DNA from: Octopus sinensis
Taxonomy: Eukaryota
Direction: 5' to 3'
Length of the DNA stretch: 39,796 bases
Assembly (NCBI RefSeq): GCF_006345805.1
Contig: NW_021831712.1
Span: 1 to 39,796, forward strand
In this document: positions 1 to 10,536 of the stretch, piece after piece
Layout: each line of letters opens with the position of its first letter
Numbering within the stretch: the stretch's first letter is position 1
Program-made: the position numbers and the translations under genes
The notes under the pieces: model-generated
The model's database searches: none
The model's input: the letters and a program-made list of their open reading frames with translations, nothing else
What the model was told of the DNA's origin: nothing

Positions 1-620
1 TTCGTTTTATACTTGTGTATACATGTGCATATTCGTGTGTCGATTTCTACATATATACGTATGTGCAATCATACGTACACTTGTGTGTGCGTGCGTGTGT
101 GTTTGTGTACAGATATGTGTGCGCGTATACACGTGGTGTATTTACCTGTATTTGTCAACGTATGTATGTGTATGCCTGTGAGTGCGTATAGGTGTGACAA
201 AAAATCGAGTGTATTCATGTCGCGTGTGTGCGCATGATTGTGTGTGTATGTGTGCGCACATGTGTATGTGCGTATGTGCGTCTGTGTGCATATGTATGTG
301 TATGTATGTGTGTGCGTGTGTGTGCGTATGCATGTGTATATATGTGTGTGCATGTGTTTGTATATGTATGTGTACGTGTGTACGCGTGTGTTGCGTATTA
401 ATGTGTGTGCCTGTGGGTGTGTATGCATATACGTTCATGTGTGTATGTGTGCTTGTATGTGTATGTGTGCATGTGTGCGTATGTAAGTGTGTGTAGGTGT
501 GTGTGCGTATGCGTACGTGTGTATTTGTATACGAATATGTGTCAGTGTCTCTGTATCTGTCTTTGTGTGCAACAAGTATACACGTGTTTACCTAGCACTG
601 CATATGTGCATATGTGTATG
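1..620. repeat. Degenerate (TG)/(TA) dinucleotide microsatellite field
   Basis: Directly visible. Similar fields occur at ~3660-4230, 14400-14560, 17360-17710, 22960-23310, 24160-24820, 36405-36870, 37410-38180 and 38650-39380, and they explain the spurious ORFs. Confidence 0.95.
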
Positions 621-1769
621 TAACTGCACATGAATATGAGTTTGTGTGCTTGTGTATACGCGCACCTGTGTGCCAGGGTGCGTGTCTACCTATATATGTG
701 TGTGTTTGTGCGTTTCAGTTTTTTTGTCTGTTTTTTTTGTTTCTTCTTTTTTTCTTCGAGTCAGTCATCGATTTGATGCGACTGAAATGCCTTTGATCTA
801 TCGAAATTGAACTTTCACTGTGTAAACCGATAATGAATTACGTGGTTTATGATTGTTGTAAAATAAAATGAAAAAAAATAAAAATAAGAGGCAAAAAAAA
901 GCACTTAAAAAATTACAAAAAAATTTTTTAAAAAACATCTGAATATTTGATTTAGTGCAAGTTAATAAAGTGTAACTGGCGGGGACGTTAAAAACAACAA
1001 CAAAAACAGAAAAAACAATCAAACAACATAGACTACAGCAACAACAATAATAACAACAACAACAACAACAACAACATCTAATACTACTACAACTATTACT
1101 AATACTATCGTGAAACATAAATAACATTGAATTTCTCGCATCAAGGCTTGGATTTGTTTAGGTTGTTGAAGGGATGTTTCGATATTCATGCCTTTCCTTG
1201 AATATTATATAATCTGGACGTCGATGGCGTCAAAGCTGTTTCGTTTTCGTCGATGACGTTATTTCGCGGTGGTGCCCCAACATGGCCGTTTTTTAGTGAC
1301 AGAAACCAGTTGCAGATAAGAAATAAAACGTCTCTAGATTCCGTAACACTGGGATTTCATTGGCGAGTGAGTTGAGATTTTTTTTTAATTAATTTATTTA
1401 TTTATATATTTATTAAGTTATTTTTGATTAGTCTGGAGAAAGAGTGGAGAGTTCGATCTCCATCGCTATCACTGGCGCCATTAAGGCTCTAGGTCTTAAA
1501 CATCAAAGCAACGCTGAACAAATGAACTTTGTAAAGCTTATGAAAAAGCCCGTCCGTTTCAGAATTGTGGAGAAATCCAAGGGACGCAATAGATCTATGG
1601 GCCTACATTGAGAGCATTCTGATATTTAGCGATGATATGGCCATGTGCCCTCAGCGGGGTTTGACGTTCTTTAGAGAATTCGAAATGCGAACTCAAAGAG
1701 CCGAAACAAATACTGGAAGACATCCTATCCGACTCTGTACCAGTTCCCACCAATCTCTCATCATGGACT

Positions 1770-1870
1770 CGTAATATCGACCTTATTTATCGACCCCGAA
1801 TGGATAAAAGAAAATAGCGATCCGCACCAAATTTGAACTCAAGCGCCCGGGACAAATACTGAGCCACTGC
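1770..1870 (-). mobile_element. Degenerate SINE family 2-like fragment
   Basis: cttatttatcgaccccgaatggataaaag..aaatttgaactc. Confidence 0.6.
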
Positions 1871-2236
1871 TCTATCAGAGGTTTCTGTCAATTCACCGAT
1901 TTAAGAGAAGAATAAAATGTTTCATGCGTGGGACATTAGGCACTGGTATCCATAACCTTAAGTAGGGGCTATGGGATTCGATTTCTGGGAATATAACAAA
2001 AACCCTTATGAGGTTAGGAATACATGTACACAATAGGAACATCTATCTATTTATCTATCTATCTGTCTGTCTGCCTGTCTGTCTATATATATATAAATAT
2101 TTATATCCATATGTATATAAACATACACACACATATATATATATAAACATATATATATATATATATGTATATATATAGAAACATATATATATATATATAT
2201 ATATACTTATATATATACATATAAACGTATACATGT

Positions 2237-2554
2237 ATTCTTTTGTTCTTTTACTTCTTTCAGACATTTGACTGTGGCCATGCTGGAGCACCACCTTAAG
2301 TCGAACAAACCGGCCCCAGGACTTATTCTTTGTAAGCCTTGTTCTTATTCTGTCAGTCACTTGTGCCGAACTGCTAAGTTATATATATACGACAGGCTTC
2401 TTTCAGTTCCTGTCCACCATATCCACTCACAAGGCTTTGGTCGACCTGTTACTATAGTAGAACACTCTCACACAAAGTGCGACGCAGCGGGACTGAACCT
2501 GGAACCACGGGATTGGGAGGCAAGCTTCTTACCACAGAGCCACTCTTGCGGCCT
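2237..2554 (-). mobile_element. SINE family 1, internally deleted
   Basis: Head and tail match 7224-7646. Confidence 0.85.
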
Positions 2555-2622
2555 CATGTTTAAGACTTTTTCGATTTGTTTGTACACCACCTGTCTTCTC
2601 TTTTGTCTTTTTCGTAAACTCT

Positions 2623-2677
<55 letters not shown>

Positions 2678-3146
2678 CATATATATATATAAGGCAATTA
2701 TATATAATTATAAAATAATAAAAACAAAATATATTGTACAGTACTGTTTCTACTTCGCAGATTTTCACCTATTGCGGTTGTTTTTGGAATGTAGCACCCG
2801 CGATATTCGAGATATTACTGTATATATATATATATGTGTGTGGTGTGTGTGTGTGTGCGTGATGTATACACATATATAGATATACGCACATATATATCAT
2901 ATCTCACTGTATACATATATATATAAATATAGGTAGTAATGTATAAAGATGAATACATATGGTTGTATGTATCTATGCGTATTTGTATGGATGTGTTTGT
3001 GTGCGTGTGTGTGTGTGTAAGTGTGTATGTTTGTATGTATGTCTGTGTGTGTGTGTATATGAATTGAACATTGCTGACGAGAATAATCGAACGAAAAGGT
3101 AAAAAGGTGAAACTATGTTGTTAGTTAATAAAAGGGAAGTTGAATT

Positions 3147-3188
3147 GTGCTAAACGTTTCGTATTTGACCCCTTCATCAGAGAGCCAC
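3147..3188 (-). ncRNA. Minimal type-I hammerhead-like motif with degenerate helices
   Basis: GUGGCUCU-CUGAUGA-AGGGGUCAAAUAC-GAAAC-GUU-UAGCAC; core intact, palindromic ACGU helix III, helices I and II imperfect. Confidence 0.45.
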
Positions 3189-4142
3189 ACGGAAGTATAA
3201 CTATGTGTGCGTATGTTAATCTATATGTGTGTGAGTGCTTGTGAGTGAGCGTATGTGTGTGTAGCATGTATATAAATACTTTGTGTTTATATGTCTGTGT
3301 ATGTATATACATATTGTTATATAACTTCATGCGTGTTCATATGTATGTTCGTTCATATATGTATATTTAAATATATCTAAAGCAAATATAAAACACCAAC
3401 GAATAAAAAAAAAACAAGGAAAACAATAACAAAACAAGCACTTTTAATTTACTATGATTGTGCTCCGAAATATTATATCTATTTTCTACAACGGAGCACT
3501 TAGAAACAATATGATGAATAAATAATGTCAGATAGATTTACGAAATATCGAAATACCTTAATATAAGATGACAAATACAGAGTTTTGATGGCAGCACTGA
3601 GCAGAGAGGAATACTAATATTGCGAAGGATTCTAATGTGAAAAATTTACTTTCGCTATATTCAGACAAGCAGTTTACGTCTTGCCAGCATACATATGCAT
3701 ATATATATATACAAGAAAATATACATATATATATATATAATATATATATATATACATATCTGTATGTATATGTATGTGTGTATATAGATAAATATATATA
3801 TAATGTATATATAACGTACATACACACACACATACACACATACACACACACAGGCACGCATGCATACATGCAAAAGGACACAAACAGAGACAAACATATA
3901 TACGGGAATATATAATGTAAATATCCATTTCGATATATATTACTATGTGTATATATATATATTTACACATACACACAAACAGACGCGCACACACGTACAC
4001 ACACAAACACACATATATAGGTATGTTTGCATATATGCATATAGTTGCGTATATAGATACATATATATATATATATATATACATACATGTATGAGTGTGT
4101 ATATATATATATGTATAAATGTGTATATATACATATACATAC

Positions 4143-4176
<34 letters not shown>

Positions 4177-4819
4177 TATATATATATATATACATATGTA
4201 TATATATATACATATATGTACCCATGATGATATGTATGTACTGGAAGTCCATTTAATTCAAGGAACCAGATTAAACTCTCATCAGCTCTGATTTACGACG
4301 AAACGTTATTTACTGACAGTTCTACACTAAGTTTTATCAATCTCCTGACCACCATGCTGGGTCCGCGACCTCTATACATCCTTATCTTTACATTCTTTTA
4401 CACTTTTATCATGTTTTTATCAGTTCTTTTACTTCTTTACTATTATTTCCATTTCTATTTTTACTTTACAACATTATGCCTTTACATTTATTTATATTTC
4501 TTTATATTTCTTTATACCCCCTTTACATCTCCTTACAACTCTTTATATCTTTATCCTCTACATTTTTATATTATTTTATATTATTTTATATTTTTTATCC
4601 CTCGTCCGAACTCTCGCCCCTCCATCTTCACCTCTATATACGTATTTATTTATTTACATTACCTCAACATCCATGTTTCCTCATTCTACATTGAGAGAAG
4701 AAAGAGATGGACGATTCAATTCGATGCTGCTGCCGCATTATGTCGTACGGGAACGAGAAGATTTGCATCCCCACCAAGAATTTCGGAAGTAACACATGTC
4801 CTTGTGGAAGCTGTTGTGC

Positions 4820-4896
4820 GCGGCTGAAGAAGGCCACAGACATACATTATGATTTGTTATGAATCTGTCTAATAAGGCCCGAAACATATGTACCGC
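4820..4896 (+). ncRNA. Type-I hammerhead ribozyme motif, core intact
   Basis: GCGG-CUGAAGA-A-GGCC[extended hairpin]GGCC-C-GAAAC-AUAU-GUA/CCGC. Helix I is 4 bp, helix III is the palindrome ACAUAUGU, and the predicted cut is after 4892. Confidence 0.65.
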
Positions 4897-4959
4897 TGAA
4901 TCCTTCGCCTCATGTTTTTATTTTTATTTTATTTTGATCAATATATATATATATATATC

Positions 4960-4990
<31 letters not shown>

Positions 4991-5056
4991 TGTATATATA
5001 TACACATACATATATATGTGAACGCGTATCATCGTTTACGCAGCTATATATATATG

Positions 5057-5087
<31 letters not shown>

Positions 5088-5818
5088 AGTGTACTCGTAA
5101 ACAGATAAAATATGTTTATATTTTATCTCTCACATAATAAACAGAGATGAACAGAGTTGTTCGCTTGATATTTCCTAACGAAAGATATATCGTCTAAAAT
5201 ATTTCTTTCTATGCGATAAGAAAAACTAACCACCATTTCCTTCAGCTCTTCCTTTTCTACCGAAAGACACAAGCTCATTTTTATTGATGTATTCTTTTTT
5301 TCTTTTTTTTTTTTTGCCAGCTGCTCTTATTAAATCTCAACCCAGGCCTATTAAGCTCTGTCCCTGCACGTACGTAATTGTCGTTCTTGAGACTTTGCTG
5401 TTGTAATTATTCAGGCTCTCTTCAAGCTTGGGTGAGTGGGTCTGTGATGAAAGCACCTGAACGTCCTTGTTTTTTTATGGATAATGTATGCGACACGGTC
5501 TTATTGTTTTGTGTACTTTGAAGGATATTTCGCAGTTATAGGATATTCATTGAAAAAAACTATAAGCTTGTAACGGATCTTGGGCCTTTTTCAGGATCGG
5601 TAAATTAAGGTATTTGTTAAGCAATGGAGTCGACGGAATGGACTACTACTCCGGCCCTCAAAATTACAGCTTTCTAAGAAAAATGATATTGCTTTGTAAA
5701 GGCTCACGTCAGACAGATGTTTAGATCTGAGACCGAGTGAGGAAACTAAAGTAATTACGGCGGGGAAGCATTTTCATGTCAGCCATTGAAAATCTCTCAA
5801 AAACTGTTAACTTTAAGC

Positions 5819-5956
5819 AAGACTGCGTGGTATAAAGCCTGCTTCCCAGTCACATGGACCCGGGTTCAGTCCGACTGCGTGGATCCTTGGGTAAGTGTCT
5901 GTTACGGACCAAATCTTTGAGAGTGGATTTGGTAGACAGAAACGGAAAGAAATCCG

Positions 5957-5960
<4 letters not shown>
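5819..5960 (+). mobile_element. SINE family 1, 5' half
   Basis: cgggttcagtccgactgcgtgg...gtggatttggtagacagaaac, ending at (TA)n. Confidence 0.8.
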
Positions 5961-5996
<36 letters not shown>

Positions 5997-5997
5997 T

Positions 5998-6109
5998 TAT
6001 GAGAGGGATGACCACTATGCGGACAACCCTTATGCTAGAAGTAGATCCGCTATGGTCTTACCACTAAAAAATGTTCTCAAGAAAAAATTAGCAAACACCA
6101 GAACGTAAG
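5998..6109 (+). repeat. Direct duplicate of 6512-6620 (interior of the TIR element)
   Basis: ~110 bp near-identical match seen by eye. Confidence 0.9.
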
Positions 6110-6406
6110 CGAGCAAGACAAATGAAAAGTAACATATATATTTCGCTATTAAAAGATTACGTAATATTACTTACGCAATTGTCTGTAGATCCTTAGTGTG
6201 ACCGTCCATACAAATATAATTTGCAGAACTATATATTAGGATGTCTGCATAAGGTCAGATCTGTATATAGTTCTACCTATTACACTTGTGGGTATTTTTC
6301 AAAAGTCCTCGTTTTGGCGCGCTAAATTACCGGAAAATGATACTGCAGAAAATAATTTACTGCAGTAGCTTTTGCCGGTTAGAGAACGTATTAATTTAAA
6401 TTTAAA

Positions 6407-6675
6407 TTTAAAATGAGGGGGAGAAATTGGATATTAATTTAATTAACATCAATTTAACACCAGTGGTTTAGCATATAAAATCTGAGAGTTCAGTAAATTG
6501 TATTGTATACATATGAGAGGGATGACCACTATGTGGACAACCCTTATGCTAGAAGTAGATCCGCTATGGTCTTACTAAGAAATGTTCTCAAGAAAAAATT
6601 AGCAAACACCAGAACGTAAGGGTGTTAAATTGATGTTAATTAAATTAATATCCAATTTCTCACCCTCATTTTAAA
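6407..6675. mobile_element. Small element with 55-bp terminal inverted repeats (MITE-like)
   Basis: 6407-6461 and 6621-6675 are reverse complements with 1 mismatch; ends in (TA)n. Confidence 0.8.
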
Positions 6676-6691
6676 TATATATATATATATC

Positions 6692-6903
6692 ATGGCGTTT
6701 GAGAACGCCATGATAGATCGTTAGCTCCTACACGCATTTTTTTCTCTCCTTGTTTTTTTTCTGTGTATCTTTCTGTCGAAGAGCGTAGGTTCGAAACGTA
6801 AAAGACTTGTTCTGTTTCTATTCCTGAGCGCCATACTAATACATCTGTTTGTTTGTACTCTACCTGCCTTCGTCTTTTGTTTATTTTCGTAAACCTTCCC
6901 GTT
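6692..6903 (+). mobile_element. Probable Penelope-like pseudo-LTR/3' end containing a minimal hammerhead-like motif, between (TA)n tracts
   Basis: Hammerhead-like motif at 6768-6805; the 3' end (..gtcttttgtttattttcgtaaaccttcccg-TATATA) matches a shorter remnant at 2575-2627. Confidence 0.5.
6768..6805 (+). ncRNA. Minimal type-I hammerhead-like motif with an A6U core variant
   Basis: UCUUU-CUGUCGA-A-GAGC-GUAG-GUUC-GAAAC-GUA/AAAGA; helices I, II and III all pair. Confidence 0.55.
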
Positions 6904-6910
6904 ATATATA

Positions 6911-6951
<41 letters not shown>

Positions 6952-7041
6952 ATGGACTCTCCCTTTGTTAGATGACGTATGAGGGTTCGACAATTTCTTA
7001 CCGAACAACCACACAGATGATTTGTTTATAGTTATCAAATA

Positions 7042-7223
7042 TTTGTGTTCACATAAGCTCGACTCCTGCCATCAAATCGACATTACCTGCACAGGTGCAA
7101 CTGGGTGCCTCATGTCAGATGTCGAAATGATCGCAGAGCAGCAAGAAATGAAGTGCTTAGCTCAAGAATGCAACACCCAGTCTGGGAATCGAACCTACGA
7201 TCACGCAATCGTGAGTGAAACAC
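7042..7223 (-). mobile_element. Older tRNA-SINE fragment, head truncated
   Basis: Reverse complement has the B-box GGTTCGATTCCC followed by gcattcttgagctaagcacttcatttc. Confidence 0.7.
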
Positions 7224-7646
7224 TCTTTCTCTCTTTTTCTTTTCTCTTTTACTTGTTTCAGTCATTTGACTGCGGCCATGCTGGAGCACCGCCTTTAGTC
7301 GAGCAAATTGACCCCGGAACTTATTCTTTGTAAGCCCAGTACTTATTCTATCGGTCTCTTTTTGCCGAACCGCTAAGTGACGGGGACGTAAACACACCAG
7401 CATCGGTTGTCAAGCAATGCTAGGGGGACAAACACAGACACACAAACACACATACATATATATATATATATATACATATATACGACAGGCTTCTTTCAGT
7501 TTCCGTCTACCAAATCCACTCACAAGGCATTGGTCGGCCCGGGGCTTTAGCAGAAGACACTTGCCCAAGATGCCACGCAGTGGGACTGAACCCGGAACCA
7601 TGAGGTTGGTTAGCAAGCTACTTACCACACAGCCACTCCTGCGCCT
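7224..7646 (-). mobile_element. Full-length, apparently young tRNA-derived SINE (family 1; head AGGCGCAGGAGTGGCTGTGTGG, internal TA/TG spacer)
   Basis: A-box-like TGGCTGTGTGG, B-box-like GGTTCAGTCCC, purine-rich repeated tail; homologous to several other copies in the window. Confidence 0.9.
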
Positions 7647-8068
7647 ATATATATATATACCATGGACTCTCCCTTTGTTAGATGACGTATGAGGGTTCGA
7701 CAATTTCTTACCGAACAACCACACAGATGATTTGTTTATAGTTATCAAATACGCCAATATATGCAGTGAATATGTGAGATCTACAGATGCTCATTATAGA
7801 AAACTCGTTGTAGTGATCAAAGGATTTTTAATTAACCAAAGTCTTTATCGACCACTAAGACTGTGGGTAAAGCGTGGCTACAAGAGGAATCCAGGTGGAG
7901 ATAGCGAAGCATGGGAAAACAGTTAGGCTTGATGTATACATACATATGTGTGTGTATGTGTGTATGTATGTATACTTCTAATATAAGCATAAAATAAAAT
8001 TTTAAGAAGTTTTATCAGTGGCCAGCATACGAAAAATACCTTTGAAGGGGTAAATTGTAAATATAACT

Positions 8069-8262
8069 ATAAATAAGGGCAAAAAGAAAATATTCTTTGC
8101 CAATATGCTGAAAAATAGACACTCGATCGTGTAACCACAAAATATTTTCAACTAAATTTATACACTTTAATATAAGTGAAAATATTTTATGTAGTTACAC
8201 TATTTAGCGTCTATTTTTCAGTACATTGGCAAAGAATGTGTTTTCTTTTTGCTCTTGTTTAT
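8069..8262. repeat. Foldback inverted repeat, ~85-bp arms
   Basis: ataaataagggcaaaaagaaaatattctttgccaat..aatattttca pairs with tgaaaatatt..attggcaaagaatgtgttttctttttgctcttgtttat. Confidence 0.85.
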
Positions 8263-8267
8263 AATTG

Positions 8268-8359
<92 letters not shown>

Positions 8360-8419
8360 GAGTGAGTGGACAAATGAAAAGAGGCCACTCAACCAATATA
8401 TTGGGAGTTACATGTATGA

Positions 8420-8559
8420 ATCAAAACAGTTAGATTCAAATTCATTGGTACTCTTCAGTTTCAAGCGTCCATTTTAAATTTCAAATTTAAAATGACTGAA
8501 GAGTAGCATCGCGCTTGAAACTCAAGAGTACCAACGAATTTGAATCAAACTGTTTTGAT
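8420..8559. repeat. Foldback inverted repeat, 48-bp arms with an inner 25-bp palindrome
   Basis: Arms differ at 3 of 48 positions; inner sequence cattttaaatttcaaatttaaaatg. Confidence 0.88.
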
Positions 8560-8660
8560 CCACACTCACACACGCACACACGCACATATATATATATAGA
8601 TAGATAGATGTATGTAGGGATATATATATATACACATATAGTTTTTGTATCTGTATATAT

Positions 8661-8703
<43 letters not shown>

Positions 8704-8784
8704 GTATTTTATACTTATATATATATGAAACTTAATACTGTTTATCTGCATCATTGTGTGTGTGTGTGTGATTGACAACCCTGC

Positions 8785-8865
8785 CACAGATTGACAACAG
8801 GTGTTGGTGTGTTTAAGTCTCTGTAACTTAGGGTTTCGGTAAAAGAAACCGATGGAAGAGAAAAG
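8785..8865 (+). mobile_element. SINE family 1, 3'-half fragment
   Basis: ttgacaacaggtgttggtgtgttt..gtaacttagggtttcggtaaaagaaaccgat. Confidence 0.7.
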
Positions 8866-9829
8866 AAGGAAACAGAGAAAGAGGTAAATGCTAGAGTAGT
8901 TACGAGAGGCGTTATACAAATGAAAAATAAGAATTTGTTTAATTTTAATTTAAGGCAATAGATATCTCTATACATACATACATACGTATGTGTGTATGTG
9001 TGTATATGTGTGTGAGTGTGTGTTGTCTGTATGTGTAGATACATATACATCGTTTCAGACTAACCTACGGGTCAAGAGTTTCGTGTGTTGGCATTTATCG
9101 ACCTTTGCAAATCAAGAGGACAAACCCTTTGAAACCCTGTATCATAAGACAACGAAGAAATCCCTTTAGTGGGAGATATTAGGAAAGTAAAGGAAGAGCA
9201 TAAAATATTGTTACTGAATAAATTAAGAGGAGTTTAAAATAAACAAGACCCCAAAAAAGGAATAATAAGGAATCTCAAAAAATTGGTTTTTAATGAAAAA
9301 AGGTGGCAGTGTGAAATGTTAATGAATCAAAAAAAATTCTTAAAGAAAAGCATTAAAACGAAAAGCTTTAAAAAACCCACAGCAAATTTCTCTATAACTG
9401 TTCAGAAAACCTCAAAAAACCTAAAAAAAAATCTTTAAAATCTTAAAAAGATTTTAGCATTATCCACGTGACACTGTAATTGCTTTTATAACACAAGAGA
9501 AGAATTCTGAGCATAATTCCTGTTGACACATTGTGTATGAGTGTTCAATTTTGTTTATATACATCGAGCCTGCTTCAAATTTATATTTGAACTCTTTCCT
9601 TTGCATGAAATGTTGAGACATGCCAACAGATGGTTGTTAAGCCATTTAGCATATAGCCATAACCGGTGAGATAGCTTGCAACAAACCTTGATAGGCAAAA
9701 ACAATGACGATGCATCGATGTCTGTCGCCCCGGAAAACGAAGGGATTTAATGTTAGCTATCTCGTCTATGACTAACTTTCAGTGATTTTTACTACAGGGG
9801 CATTGAGAATATATATATTTTTATATATA

Positions 9830-9832
9830 TTA

Positions 9833-9931
<99 letters not shown>

Positions 9932-9941
9932 TATTATTATT
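9830..9941. repeat. Compound (ATT)n(ATC)n(ATT)n microsatellite
   Basis: Directly visible; forms the 3' flank of an R4 fragment. Confidence 0.95.
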
Positions 9942-10434
9942 GCTGTTTTTGTTCTTTCTCGTTGCTGCTGCTGTGGTTGTTGCTGTTAAGCAACAAGACG
10001 GGTAAGGGTGATTAGGTGATGGTCTAGGGCTTAGGGGCGGGAGACCCTAGACCTTGAGAAAAAAACACTTTGGTCGTCTTGTTGTAGACGAGGGTTCTTC
10101 GTTGACGCCCTACACCACTGAGAGGTGGCCCTAGAAGTCGCTAGAAATAGAGATCTCCAGGTCCAAATTCTGGAACAAAGGTAACCCCTTAGGTACACCA
10201 TTCGGAGTATTTGAGCAGTTCCAAGTAGTACTGTTTTCTGCAAGTGCTCCATCCTTATTGCATCCCCTATTTGTTCTATATATTTCTCAAGATTTTCACT
10301 CACTTTTCCCAGGTCTCCAACATTTATTGGTACTGCTACCATCTTTTTCAGCGACCACAACTGCTTAACCTCCCAAGCTAACCTGTCATATCTATTGACT
10401 TTTCTTTCTTCCTATATCTATGATCCAGTATCGC

Positions 10435-10436
<2 letters not shown>
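9942..10436 (-). mobile_element. 3' fragment of an R4/Dong-clade element (endonuclease homology ~10195-10436; the rest is non-homologous 3' sequence)
   Basis: LWSLKKMVAVPINVGDLGKVSENLEKYIEQIG..LQKTVLLGTAQILRMV; lies between (ATT)n 10437-10536 and (ATT)n(ATC)n 9830-9941. Confidence 0.85.
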
Positions 10437-10488
<52 letters not shown>

Positions 10489-10499
10489 TATTATTATTA

Positions 10500-10536
<37 letters not shown>

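Larger units (their letters stand above)
6937..7751 (+). repeat. Identical 105-bp direct repeats (6937-7041 and 7647-7751) flanking two SINEs
   Basis: 91 unique bp plus 14 bp of TA repeat, identical at an offset of 710. Confidence 0.93.

Noticed and set aside
740-870. Homeodomain-like motifs (TAATGA, TTTATGA) between T-rich and A-rich tracts
   Set aside because: Such short motifs are expected by chance at this AT content; nothing else supports it.
4245-4290. Minus-strand CUGAUGA-GAG
   Set aside because: Followed by GAAU rather than GAAA, and no helix I.
7566-7646. tRNA genes at SINE heads (also 20470-20540 and 21297-21365)
   Set aside because: A/B-box-like heads without a full cloverleaf, fused to SINE bodies.
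8495-8530. CUGAAGA..GAAAC
   Set aside because: Explained by the foldback arms; no helix III or NUH geometry.
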